Assembly: GCF_032062105.1 (NCBI RefSeq)
Contig: NW_026926947.1
Location: 62,001 to 126,000, forward strand
Reading direction: 5' to 3'
DNA length: 64,000 nt
Source of the DNA: Saccostrea cucullata
Taxonomy: Eukaryota
The position numbers and the translations under genes were made by a program. This document shows, piece by piece, positions 1-12,493 of this stretch (within the stretch, counting starts at the first letter, position 1; each line of letters starts with the position of its first letter). The notes under the pieces were generated by a model. It had not been told where the DNA came from. It did not search any database and was given only the letters and a program-made list of their open reading frames with translations.

Positions 1-540
1 AAAAATGATTGCACTGAAAATATTGTTTTACTTTTTTTGTTGCTTGTCATGAACAAAGATACAAAGAATATATGTCATTGATTTGCAAAGAAAACATCAT
101 ATCTGGATTGAGAAGGGAGTGGATTAATTGTTAATGTTTATGTCTCATAATGTTCATTTACTGTGATGTTCATCAAGTGGGATCAAAGAAATTGAATGCA
201 TCATTTTGGAATGTGTGAAAGTGATACATTGTATTTATATTAGTGTCCTTGATATGGAAGATATTGTTTGGAATGTATGTTACAAAACATTCTATTGTTG
301 ATATAAATGTATTTTTTCTTTGTTAGGCTTTTTTGTGTTCCCTAGTGTTGAGTATTAATTTATTTGCTTATAGTGCTTTTGCTCATTTTTTTTCTCTCTC
401 CAGTTTTCATTTGTTGATATATGCTGTTTCTTTTCAAGAGAAATATATTCACGAATATGGAGATCTTAAATTGCATGTGATATTAATTTGGCTGGCATTG
501 AACGATTCCATGTGATGAGGAAGAAGGGTTCCTTATTTTT

Positions 541-2552
541 AGCTCACCTCAACGAAGTTGGGGGGAGCTTATGTGATACCCTCGGCGTCGGTGTCGGCGT
601 CCCAGGTTAAGGTTAAGTTTTTTGGAGCAGTTTTCTTTTTAATTACTTCTGTGTCCTATACTGATTAGACATGCATGGAAGATGGTTTTAGTGTGTTTTA
701 TTATACCAGACAAAGTTTCAGATGCTGCAATTTCAGCAAAGGAATTACCAGGTTAATGTTTTTGGAGCAGGTTAACATTTTTGGTGCAGTTTTTGGTGTG
801 GGTTTCATTTCCAAGTAACTATAAGCCCTATGTTGACCAAACTTGCATGGATGGTACATCTAAGGATGCATACTACCGGGCTTGCTTCGGATGCTGAATC
901 TGACCTACATTTTCCGGTTGAGTGAACAGGTTAAAGTTTTTGGTGTAGGTTTCATTTCCAAGTAACTATAAGCCCTATGTTGACCAAACTTGCATGGATG
1001 ATACATCTAAGGATGCATACTACGGGGCTTGCTTCGGATGCTGAATCTGACCTACATTTTCCGGTTGAGTGAACAGGTTAAAGTTTTTGGTGTAGGTTTC
1101 ATTACCAAGTAACTATAAGCCCTATGTTGACCAAACTTGCATGGATGATACATCTAAGGATGCATACTACCGGGCTTGCTACGGATGCTGAATCTGACCT
1201 ACATTTTCTGGTTGAGTGAACAGGTAAATGTTTTTGGTGCAGGTTTCATTTGCAAGTAACTATAAGCCCTATGTTGACCAAACTTGCATGGATGATACAT
1301 CTAAGGATGCATACTACCGGGCTTGCTTCGGATGCTGAATCTGACCTACATTTTCCGGTTGAGTGAACAGGTTAAAGTTTTTGGTGTAGGTTTCATTTCC
1401 AAGTAACTATAAGCCCTATGTTGACCAAACTTGCATGGATGATACATCTAAGGATGCATACTACCGGGCTTGCTTCGGATGCTGAATCTGAGTGAACAGG
1501 TTAAAGTTTTTGGTGCAGGTTTCATTTCCAAGTAACTATAAGCCCTATGTTGACCAAACTTGCGTTGATGATACATCTAAGGATGCATACTACTGGGCTT
1601 GCTTCGGATGCTGAATCTGACCTACATTTTCCAGTTGAGTGAACAGGTAAAAGTTTTTGGTGCAGGTTTCATTTCCTAGTAACTATAAGCCCTATGTTGA
1701 CCAAACTTGCATGGATGATACATCTAAGGATGCATACTACCGGGCTTGCTTCGGATGCTGAATCTGACCTACATTTTCCAGTTGAGTGAACAGGTAAAAG
1801 TTTTTGGTGCAGGTTTCATTTCCTAGTAACTTTAAGCCCTATGTTGACCAAACTTGCATGGATGATACATCTAAGGATGCACACTACCGGGCTTGCTTCG
1901 GATGCTGAATCTGACCTACATTTTCCGGTTGAGTGAATAGTTAAAAGTTTTTGGTGCAGGTTTCATTTCCAAGGAACTATGAGTTCTTTAATGACCAATC
2001 TTGCATAGATGATACATCTAAGGATGCATACTTCCAGGCTTGCTTCGGATGCTGAATCTGACCTACTTTTTGTGGATGAGTGAAAATGCTAGTTTTGATG
2101 CATGTTTCATTTCCAATAAACTATGAGCCCTATAATGAGCAAACTTGCATGGATGATACATCTAAGGATGCACACTAATGGACTTGCTTCGGATGCTGAA
2201 TTGGACATACATTTTTCAGATAATAGACAAGGTAAAAGTTATGGTTGCAGGTCTATTACCAAAAACTATAAGGCTTATATAACATTGTATAAACCAAACT
2301 TGCACAAATGCTGCATCAAGGGATGAAAACTCAAATTTGCTTCAGATGCTGGATTTTCATTACATTTTCATGAAGAAGAAGTAGTTTAAATTTTTTATGT
2401 AGGTCTATTTCAAAGTATCAGATCAAAATTGCTTTTAAAAATATTTTCATTTTTGGAATGTATACTTTTTGTTGGTTAATTGTGTGACTTTGCCTTACTT
2501 AAAGACAACATTCGTTGAGGTGAGCTCTGTAATCTCTGATTACCTATGTTTT
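541..2552 (+). mobile_element. Non-autonomous Helentron-associated (HINE/pearl-like) element carrying a 147-bp satellite array
   Basis: T-rich flanks. Subterminal inverted repeat AGCTCACCTCAACGAA (541-556) / TTCGTTGAGGTGAGCT (2511-2526). 5' hairpin followed by short CGGCGT repeats. 3' hairpin GTAATC-TCT-GATTAC (2529-2543) then GTTTT. Confidence 0.8.
790..2360. repeat. Tandem array of ~10-11 copies of a 147-bp unit
   Basis: AAGTAACTATAAGCCCTATG recurs at 813, 960, 1107, 1254, 1401, 1530 (preceding unit has an 18-bp deletion), 1677, 1824, 1971; edge copies are degenerate. Confidence 0.95.
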
Positions 2553-2944
2553 GATTTTATGGTATTGCAAACAACATAGAAAAGATACCATTTGTTGATT
2601 ACATGACCTTGAAGCTTTGAATACATTTTTAAAACTTATTTGTTTATCTTAGCACTGAAACCCCCCAAAAATCACTAGACAATATAGACACTGAAATCAA
2701 GAAACGTTCATACTGAATTCTTGGAACATATAGAGCCAAACTGAATGTTTACTATAAAAACATTTGGTACATGTAAGACTGTAGCATGCACATACCAAAT
2801 GTCAATAAAAAATTACCGATTTGCAACAATTCACATGCATATACGTGTAATAACAATATAAATATAGTGCACATTCTGTCTACAAATGGGCATTTTAGTT
2901 TGTATAAATGTATTCCTCAGTTTGTGAATAATGAAGCTCACACT

Positions 2945-3206
2945 TAGGCAAAAAAAATTAATTTCTTGGTTCTCAAGCCCTCCCTCATCTCTTCCAAGGG
3001 TGCCTCATTGACCCTTTTTATTGCTAAATCAATAAAATATAAACACCAAAACACCTCCCTCATCATATTTTGAGGTTTTGTACAATGTAAAAAGCTGCCT
3101 CATCATGTTTTGGGGGCAATAAAAAAGAAAAAAAAATGCCTTCCTCCCTCATCATATTTCTTGAAAAAAGGCCTGAGAACCAAGTAATTAACTTTGCATG
3201 GCCTTT
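2945..3206. mobile_element. MITE with imperfect TIRs
   Basis: TAGGC..AAATTAATTTCTTGGTTCTCA at left; TGAGAACCAAGTAATTAAC..GGCCTT at right; internal CCTCCCTCATC repeats. Confidence 0.55.
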
Positions 3207-5039
3207 AGTTAGTTAAATATTTTCACATGTAGGAAGCAATGACCAAAATAACACTTATTCTTTGCTTTTTCAAGATATTTCACTTCTCCACAAAATTTAT
3301 TTGCATTATTAACAACTAAATAATGATATATTTCATTAATACACAATTATATATTAGCTATGTAAAGAAGATATCTTTGCCATGCACATATGTTAACAAA
3401 ATTGATATCTCTCAAGTTCTATTTCCTTGTCCAATTTTTTATTAATCTTAAGATTTCAAGAAAAAAAATCATGCATATTTTCAAAAAAATATATATATTT
3501 GCAATCCAAAGTTTTACTTATGCATGTATCTCAGTAAATTTTGAAATTTTTATTAGAAATTTATATGCATACTAATATTTTTTGTTTTTCAATATTTTTG
3601 TCTCGGATTCACACCTAAGATGAGATAATGTACAATAATGAAACTTAAAATGATGAAAGGTTTTGGAACAGAGGATATTTGATAATCATATGTATACCAG
3701 TAAACTTATTTAAATTTATCAGCCAACATTCCAATGAAATTAATATGTTCCTTTGTTTTTATTTAATTTACTTGTAGTACTCATATATTAATTTCTGATT
3801 ATTTTATCATCAGCTTATTTTGAATCATATTCAAACTGTTTTTTGTTAGACATCTAATGTAAGCATTTTCAATATAATGACTATTACATAGTTTTGTACA
3901 AGTTTGACAGAAAAAATTAAATAGTTAGGTCTTAGAGTTTAAGAAAACAAAGTAAAAATTAAAATCATGCCTTCTGGGAAATATGCAGATACAGTATATT
4001 GTTAATTGTGATTTTTGTTAATTTTATTTATATACATTGATTGACTTATTTCATTCCAGCGTTTGCTTTACAAGATGTCTTATTGCATTCTGCTTAATGT
4101 TGTGACACAGAATAATAAAAAAGAAATTATAATGAGATAGTGTGTGTGATTAAAAGTGACACTGAATTTAAACAGGTAATTCAAAGTCCTTAATGATCCT
4201 CAAGGTTATGTCTTGATGAAGGTTGACATTTGGTGTACTGATAAATACTTTGGAATCCTCATTGTTTGAGGGGGAACCAAATTTTCTTGATATCCTAGAT
4301 GGACCCTACCCATGAATTTACATCCCCATAAACTAGTTTTTTCAATGTATCAGGTGACTGAATTTCCCATATATATGAACTACTGCGAAAACCCATGAAA
4401 GTTTCTCTGGGAATTGGTAAAATTTTTGACACCATTAGGACATTGATCTTGGTGATTATAAACACAGGGGGCTGGTAACATACTGTTTTTGATTTTACGT
4501 AATCACTGTATATATATATATACAAAAAATCTTCCTGGATATTTCATTTTCAAAAGATTATTTCCCCAACTTTTACTGTGTTTAATATGCATGCGCTATA
4601 TAAGTCACTTGAAAAATGTATTGATGTAAACATGTTCATGGTGTATGCCTCTGTCATATGGAAAAATGTTATTGTGTTGGCATAGTTAAATAATTATACA
4701 AGCCATAATTCTCTTGACAGAGCCCTCTATGTCTCTTTCTGGATTTGTATTAATCTGTGTAGTACTATAATAAGGTGCTGTGTGACCCCCCCGCCCCCCC
4801 TAAAATTGTCAAAGTTAACGTAAATCACAGTTTCGTCTAGAAAATGTAAAGATGTCTACTTGGTAGACCTCATTTTTACCCTACAAAATCTCTAGAATCC
4901 AGGAGCTTCCGGGGGCTTCGCCCCCTGGGCCCCACCAGGGCTTTGCCCTGGACCCACTGGGGGCCTCAAGGCGGCCCCCAGACCCCTTGCCTATTTTTGG
5001 CGCCCCCTCTAACTTCAAATCCTGGATCCGCGCCTGTCC

Positions 5040-5748
5040 TTCCAGTCTTCAGAGGGAGATAACTTAAAAAAAAGGGAAAAATTAGATATGGTCAAAAAGT
5101 GAAGATTTGGTAGAGTCATTTAAAACATATCTTGGTCAGTCTTCAAATCTGGACCCACAGGTGTAGGGTTTGGCTAGTATAGATGTTTAAAGTATTACAT
5201 GGGTATTAAAAGTAACCTGATCTTCTCCAGAATATCATACCCATGATCAGTCATATTGATATGGAAGCATTCTCAGGTCACATGTACAGATTCAAGTTTG
5301 ATCACATCATGACCCAATGGGGTAGAGGTAGGGTCACAATGGATGAACAATGTTTAACATAGAATATATGGGGGAAATCTGCTTTCCGGGAATAGCAAAG
5401 CCAAGATTGGTAATATTTATGTGAAAACATCAGTCTCCAGATAGTGTAGATTGAAGTTTTTTTTTTACATCCTGAGCCTCAGGGTTAAGGGTGGGGGTCA
5501 TACTGGGAAATAAAAGTTTTACATAAGAAAATATACTAGGGGAAAAATCTTGAGGATAGCAAAGTCATGATTTGGCGGCATTCACAGGTGTTTAGATCCA
5601 AGTCTGTTCATATAACCCCAAGGATAGAGTGGCAGGGGCCACAAGAGGTTTCAAAATTTTACACAGGAATATATATGCAGGGATAGAATGCTGAGGAAGG
5701 ACATTGTTGGATTTCACTGAGCATTGTGGCCCTTGGACCTCTTGTTTT
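5040..5748 (+). mobile_element. Degenerate Cg170/HINE-like element
   Basis: Decayed units (GTAGATTCAAGTTTG..CATGACCC..GGGG) ending GAGCATTGTGGCCCTTGGACCTCTTGTTTT, the reverse complement of the end of the 8774 element. Confidence 0.6.
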
Positions 5749-6146
5749 CATCTAATTTCATGCACAACTTTGACTAACTACATGTAATTTTCCCTATCAA
5801 GATGTGCAGTCCAAAATATGTATAAATATAAGTCATTTGATAATGTACTGTGCCAGATGATTTCAGATCCATGTACTAAAACAGACACATATAAATGGCC
5901 AATATATAGATCATTAAAATATCAAACTTTATTGACTAGGAACACACAATTGTAACAAACTTTTACAAAAACTGGCCATGTAAAATTCATCAAAAAGTGT
6001 ATGAACACAAAAACACAGTGAGTTCAATTATTGCATTAAAATGTTTTGGCAGTGCAAAATTTATTTTCCTAAGAACACTCGAGAGTCTTACTGCAGACAG
6101 CCTGTTCTTTCATTGAACAGGTAAAATGCAGGCCACTCGTGACATT

Positions 6147-6155
6147 CACACACAC

Positions 6156-6192
<37 letters not shown>
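6147..6192. repeat. (CA)n microsatellite
   Basis: Direct observation. Confidence 0.95.
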
Positions 6193-6194
<2 letters not shown>

Positions 6195-6301
6195 GGAAGA
6201 CTTTTACTTGTTCAGATTTTGAAAATGGCAAGATAGAGCAAGTAAATTTGTAGTTGAGTATATTCAAAGATATTCTATTGAAATGAGTAATTTGTAAAAT
6301 A

Positions 6302-7375
6302 CAGGTAAACTTCGTTATCTCGACATCGACGGGACAATCGGAAAATGTCGAGATATCCGAGGTGTCGAGATATCAGAGTTGAGACTCGACGTCCTTAATT
6401 TTACTCTATAGTAAAACCGTAGACCTATAAACTGAACAGACATGTGACTACCTACACGTCTTTATTAGACTGTAGCTCGTTTGTTTCAGCTATCCCTATG
6501 CATGCAATGTATATTTATTAGAAAATCTAAGAAGTTATTCACAAATGTAATTTATGAAATACTTTCTTTTTTATCGAAATCTTCTCATTATACTAAAAAC
6601 AGTTTTCCATCTAGCATTCGATCCACGTGCAACTAGCTCTGTCAAAACAGGATACGAAATGCGCTCTATAAACTCCAAACAGAAATGGTAGAAGGTCGAA
6701 GTCCGTGATATGGAAAAAAAATAATGCGTATATTTTTTTTATTTATGTCATTTCATTTCATTTTTATTTTATAATCATTCATCATTAAATTTTCATTTCA
6801 TTTTCAAACCAAAATTTAATTGGAACTGCGCATTAAACAAACCTGATGATGTTACACATGCATTTACATGTATATTAAGGCTGATTCAATGGTCGCGCAT
6901 GTCATAGATTTGATTGTTTCCTGTCGAATGGATTAATTTCCACCACAATTTTTAAGTTAAATTGAATTCAATGTGTACACTCTTCATTATTATTCAGTTT
7001 CTTTTTTTTACAAAATGATAAAGTTTTGTTAGATTTCGACATAAATAAACGATTCACATTTAAGCAGAATCGAGAAGATTTATCAATGATATTACCCAAG
7101 CTGAACATTAAACAATTAACGACTCAGAGACGTCGAGGGGGCTTGGGATTCCTTTACAAACACATTTCTACAGAGCAGTATGTAGTCAAAACATGGGTGT
7201 GAAAGGTGTGAATTTTTGACGACGTCGAGATACACGGAGTCGTCCGTGTGTGACGAGCGACCAGCTGACAAACAATTAAGGTTAAGTAGAGCAAAAAATT
7301 GCCGGGACCGCGGACGGACATCGACATATCCCAGGTTGTCGACTTATCCGATGTCGAGATACCGAAGTTTACCTG
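6302..7375. mobile_element. Tc1/mariner-type (pogo/Tigger-like) non-autonomous DNA transposon
   Basis: TIRs CAGGTAAACTTCGTTATCTCGACATCG / CGATGTCGAGATACCGAAGTTTACCTG; TA on both flanks (6300-6301, 7376-7377). Confidence 0.85.
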
Positions 7376-7649
7376 TACATGTAATATGATTTCCTGAGAA
7401 AAAATTGCATCTCAAACATCAGATTGTGCGATTCATTGAACCAAAATTTTCTATGAAATTAAAAAGTTGTTTTAGAGTATATATAACAAATTACAAAAAT
7501 ATAATTGAATTTAAAAGCACTTTTCATGTATAATTGCACTTTTTAAATGAGATTATTTTTTTCAAATCTGTATAGGATAAGTCTAAAAAATATTTAAAAT
7601 GTTAAAAATCTTTAAAGTATGTTAACAGGCTATGTAAAAGTAACAAGTA

Positions 7650-8772
7650 TCAAGTATAAAATTGGACTTCAACTGAGTCCCCTGGAGAGAATCGGACATG
7701 CTTGGCTTTTCTGGATTGTGGTAAAGAAGCAGAAATGTCAAACGTAGGATGTCGACTGGATATTGTTCTTCCTCTGTACGTATCACAAGATGAGGGCTGC
7801 TCACTTTCTGACAGGTACACCTCTTTATTTAATGAATTCACCTGATTAAAAAAAAATAAGACACAGGTTATGAGGGGAATGTTGTTTTTTTTCTTGCCAC
7901 TAGTTGATCAATTGAATTTGGTCCCAAAAAGTAATTGTATTGATCTCTAAACCCTGGTCTTACCCTCTGACTGTTTGTCTTGTTTATAAGTTGTGTACTG
8001 TGGTATCTCTGGCAGTGTTTTTTATCATGTTTTGTCTGAGGTTCTCCATCAGTTCCACAGTAATACCTCTGAAATGCATAAAAGTTTTCAATGTAAAATA
8101 TTATCAACATACAATATTGATATGATGGAGGCTCAATAAAGCTTATGAATGACATAATCAAAGACCCTCAATGAATTTTTTTTTTTTTGGTCTATTCTGT
8201 TTAACTGCTAAAGGATGGGATCAAAATAAAACAATTTTTTTTAAATTGATACAATTGTATAATTTTGCATTGTGTACTACTTACATCATTTTATTGTACA
8301 TGTATAAGACATTTTGAAATGCACTTTCATAATCGTTTTGTGTTCATACAAGTACATGCATTACTGTGCCATATTAAAACATGTAAAAAAAAAAAAAACA
8401 ACACATACATGTATTGACCTACATGTAGAACCTCTGGAAAACCTTATACAGGTATGAGGTATTTCTTTTCTGCATTTTTATATACTAGAGAGATACCTCA
8501 AAGATTTTTACATTCCTATGTTTATATGTGCATAAAATTCAGTCAAGATGGTGAAATAATTTTTAATAAGTTACCTGACAGATTTGAGACATGTGACTCA
8601 TCATTGTCATTACGTCAGAGAAAGCTGACTCCAGCTCTAAATTGGGTTCCACAAACTTCTAAAATGTTAAAAGAAAATCATATCATTAAATGTGTAACTT
8701 TGTTAACTATTTGGAGTGTAAAAACAACGATAAAAAGCACTTAAATAAAACATGATGAATAGTCATATACTT

Positions 8773-8809
<37 letters not shown>

Positions 8810-10087
8810 CACTGTGGCTAGGAAAAAGTAGAAATTGGTTTAATTTTCCTATATATTTCTATGTAAAACTTTGGTCCGCCATTGTGGCCCCGTCCTACCC
8901 CCAGGGGTCATTATTTTAACAAACTTGAATCTACACTACCTGAGGATGCTTCCATAAAAATATGATCAATTTTTGCTTTGCTATTCTTGAGAAAAAGATT
9001 TTTAAAGAATTTTCCTATATATTTCTATGTAAAACTTTGGTCGGCCATTGTGGCCCCGCCCTATCCCCAGGGGTCATTATTTTAACAAACTTGAATCTAC
9101 ACTACCTGAGGATGCTTCCATATAAATATGATCAATTATGGCTTTGTTATTCTTGAGAAGAAGATTTTTAAAGAATTTTCCTATATATTTCTATGTAAAA
9201 CTTTGGTCGGCCATTGTGGCCCCGCCCTACCCCCGGGGGTCATGATTTGAACAAACTTGAATTTACACTACATGAGGACGTTTCCCCATAAGTTTCATCT
9301 TTCCTGGCACAGTGGTTCTTGAGAAGAAGATTTTTAAAGAATTTTCCTTTATATTTCTACACACACAAACCGTTCACGGTAGCTCAGTCGGTAGAGCGCT
9401 CACTCTGTGATCGAGAGGTCGTGAGTTCGTATCTTGGCCGCGACTGACCTAGTCGATAAAATGGGTAGCAACTGTTCCTTCGCCATGCGCTCGGCACTTT
9501 GAAGTGAAAGTTGCAGGTCCTTCGGATGTGACCTTAAAAACCGAGGCCCTGTGTCAGCGGCAGGCGTTGGCACGAGAAAGATCCCTCACTGCTCAATGGC
9601 CTTCATTGAGTGCCGAGTAAAGGTCAAAATTTGAAGCCCTTCACCGGCATAGGGTGACGTCTCCATATGAGTGAAAAATTCCCGAGAGGGACGTTAAACA
9701 ATATACAATCAATCAATCAATCTATGTAAAACTTTGGTCGGCCATTGTGGCCCCGCCCTACCCCCGGGGGTCATGATTTGAACAAACTTGAATCTACACT
9801 ACCTGAGGATGTTTCCCCATAAGTTTCATCTTTCCTGGCACAGTGGTTCTTGAGTAGAAGATCTTTAAAGAATTTTCCTATATATTTCTATGTAAAACTT
9901 TGGTCGGCCACTGTGGCCCCGCCCCATCCCCGGGGGTCATGATTTGAATAAATTTGAATCTACACTACCTGAGGATGTTTCCCCATAAGTTTCATCTTTC
10001 CTGGCACAGCGGTTCTTGAGAAGAAGATTTTTAAAACATTCCACCAAATTTTCATTAATTCCCCATTATCTCCCCTTGAATGAGGGC

Positions 10088-10121
<34 letters not shown>

Positions 10122-10141
10122 TACCTAAGGATGCTTTGTGG

Positions 10142-10172
<31 letters not shown>

Positions 10173-10225
10173 TGAGAAAAAGTCGAAAATGTGAAAAGTT
10201 TACAACGACGACGACAACGACGACA

Positions 10226-10267
<42 letters not shown>

Positions 10268-10500
10268 TGGCTCAGGTGAGTTAAAAATTATTAAATTAAT
10301 ATTAGGAAAAAATAAACTACCCCACATATTGGGCATGCTCCCCTCTTCTTTGACATCGGACACACTGTTGGCCTCTGTTCTCTCTGCTCGGTCCACGCTG
10401 CATGATTTTTCAGAGCTCGCTGATAAGTTTGCTGCCCAAGTCGCCGTGTTCTCTCCAGCGTACCGAATCCCCATAAAGCATCATCACAGTGGAAAAGGTG
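7650..10500 (-). CDS. Uncharacterised multi-exon gene (5' end unresolved); CxxCGK motif and C-terminal RVxF-like motif
   Basis: Four AG/GT-bounded phase-0 exons (10500-10321, ~8658-8575, ~8068-7964, 7841-7650) splice into one stop-free frame: HLFHCDDALWGFG...ACPICG|KFVEPNLELE...ICQ|RYYCG...SQR|VNSLNK...KHVRFSPGDSVEVQFYT*. Candidate AATAAA on the - strand near 5930. Confidence 0.55.
8774..10286 (-). mobile_element. Cg170-like satellite-bearing Helentron-associated element (HINE)
   Basis: Ends AACAAGAGGCCCATGGGCCACATCGCTCACCTGAG and AGCTCACTTGAGCCTTTGGCTCAGGTGAG. Internal 166-bp units (8845, 9011, 9177, 9343...) and a GACGAC microsatellite. Lies in an intron of the - strand gene. Confidence 0.85.
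9360..9724 (+). mobile_element. tRNA-derived SINE with Deu/Nin-like central domain, inserted in the satellite
   Basis: A box GGTAGCTCAGTCGGTAGAGC and B box GAGTTCGTATC. Core TTCGGATGTGACCTTAAAAACCGAGG..AAAGATCCC. (AATC)n tail. Interrupts a unit at ATATTTCTA|TGTAAAAC with TCTA duplicated. Confidence 0.85.
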
Positions 10501-11437
10501 CTACAATATAAAATGTACAAGAAGAATGTCCAAAACTGAAAGAATTTCGAAGTATTGGTCTAGGTTATGTGGATAAATGTGAATTTCAGTTTGGATATCT
10601 CTGTGGTTAGACCATTATTATGGCATCTTTTCTATTCCTGTTACATTTGGTGCACTTATAATCCAGAGATTAATGAAAATCTTCATTATATTTACCAAAC
10701 TGTGAGCTAGGTACTAATGCATAGCTCATGGTTTGCCAGTTTGTACTTCTCTTTAGCTGTCTACAGTTTAGAGAAGTGGACAGGCTTTTGCCTACAATCG
10801 CCTGTAGGCAAAAGCCTTTCCACTTCTCTAAGGAGAATAAGCTTGTACAAATGAGTAATTTCATTTCTAATATTTATTATACACCAACATGTATAAATGT
10901 CTGATACAGTGATAACCTGTCAATTTCTCTTGAGATTAACACTTGTTACACTAGTTAGAATGATCTAACTGTGTCTCGATACAAGCCCGGGTCCGTAGGA
11001 CAATATCATTTTAACGATAGAACGTTCTATCTACGGTTACACAAATAATGACACAAAGTTGAACAGCATAGACATTGATAGAAATTAGAATCAGCGAAGG
11101 AGTTTCATACCATTTTTTTTTTATTTTACCTTTGCTGGAAACATGCTTGAGATATCTCTTTAGTAAATTTAGCTGTAAAGTCAGATATTTGTATTTTTCA
11201 CTATAATCATGATAATCACGGATTTTGAAAAAGTTGACTGTTGACGTTGTATTAATATTATGCACACCGAGCCCAGTCAATATTATCAATAATTTATTTG
11301 CAATATAAAACGGCTTCTTTTACGCTTAGTTTTTGTCAGTTTCAATGTGATGGCACATTTTTGGATGATGATGATAATACATTAGACCTACAAAAAAATT
11401 AAACAAATAAAAAGTATATTATCCGAGCCCGACTTTG

Positions 11438-12493
11438 ATGTGTAGCTCTTCAGTGTTTAAAGTTAGAAATGTCCTTGGGAATTACGACGCTATGAATGAA
11501 AAACAGCTCAATCGCATTCTCCAAGAAGGTGATATAAATGCTATTGAAAAAGAGCTAAAAAGTGGTCTGGATGTTGATTTTACTTTTCAAGAGTTGTATG
11601 CGAATAGTGACAATAATGGCTACGCCCTGCTTGACGTTGCAGTGGCTGCTCGACAAAAAGAAGTTGTCCAGTTTCTTGTGGACAGGGGTGCAAATGTCAA
11701 TAGAATGCGTAAATGGCCTGGGGCTACAAAGGAACTCATCCATTCCTTCTCTCTGCAGAACACATGTATGTATCCTTGTTTAGTCCGGGGAGACGTAGAA
11801 ATCGCAAATATCCTCGTGAAAGCAGGATTTGACGTGAATTTACAAGACATTCGACAGTGTTCTTCACTTTGGCACGCGGCGGATTCTGGAAATTGTAAAC
11901 TGGTAGACGTTATTTTAAGTTCACCCACTGTAAATGTCAATTTACCTGATATGACCTTTTTACACCCACTTCACGTGGCTGCTCTTCACGGACACAGTAA
12001 AATCATCACATCTCTTCTCAGAAAAGGAGCTAATGCTAACGCAATTCACGTGTTTGGAAATACTCCTCTTATCTTGGCCTGTAAGACCAATTGTTACGAG
12101 TCGGTACATCAGCTGCTTCTTTATGGAGCAGATGTAAATGCTGCAAACATCTATGGTGTGACACCACTATCTAAATTTTTGCACAATCCGTCAACACTTC
12201 AAGATTTACGAATATTTGACTTACTTTTAAAAGCGGGTGCTTTGGTCTTTGACTGCGAGTTAAAAGAATGGAAGCAGCAAGAAGATTTACAGATTTTCTC
12301 AGATTATCCACAGATTTATGAGACTCTAATTCTTATGTCATCTAGTCCTTCATCTTTGAAGACTCTAACGTGTAAATTCATTCGATTTAGAGTTTTGCAA
12401 TGTTTAAAAGATACACCAGGTGATATATTTTCAAAAATTGATCAATTGCAACTACCATCTATTCTTAAGAAAGAATTATTGCTAGAGTTTTGA
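11438..12493 (+). CDS. Ankyrin repeat and SOCS box (ASB-like) protein, single coding exon
   Basis: ~350-aa ORF with 6-7 ankyrin repeats (HPLHVAALHGH, GNTPLILAC, GADVNAAN.YGVTPL) and a C-terminal SOCS box (PSSLKTLTCKFIR...IDQLQLPSILKKEL). Start is ATG 11438 or 11492. Confidence 0.92.
   Translation: MCSSSVFKVRNVLGNYDAMNEKQLNRILQEGDINAIEKELKSGLDVDFTFQELYANSDNNGYALLDVAVAARQKEVVQFLVDRGANVNRMRKWPGATKELIHSFSLQNTCMYPCLVRGDVEIANILVKAGFDVNLQDIRQCSSLWHAADSGNCKLVDVILSSPTVNVNLPDMTFLHPLHVAALHGHSKIITSLLRKGANANAIHVFGNTPLILACKTNCYESVHQLLLYGADVNAANIYGVTPLSKFLHNPSTLQDLRIFDLLLKAGALVFDCELKEWKQQEDLQIFSDYPQIYETLILMSSSPSSLKTLTCKFIRFRVLQCLKDTPGDIFSKIDQLQLPSILKKELLLEF

Noticed and set aside
790-2360. CRISPR-like array
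   Set aside because: Whole 147-bp units repeat with no unique spacers; eukaryotic context and no cas genes.
9371-9445. tRNA gene
   Set aside because: It continues into a SINE body and microsatellite tail; the acceptor stem is poor.
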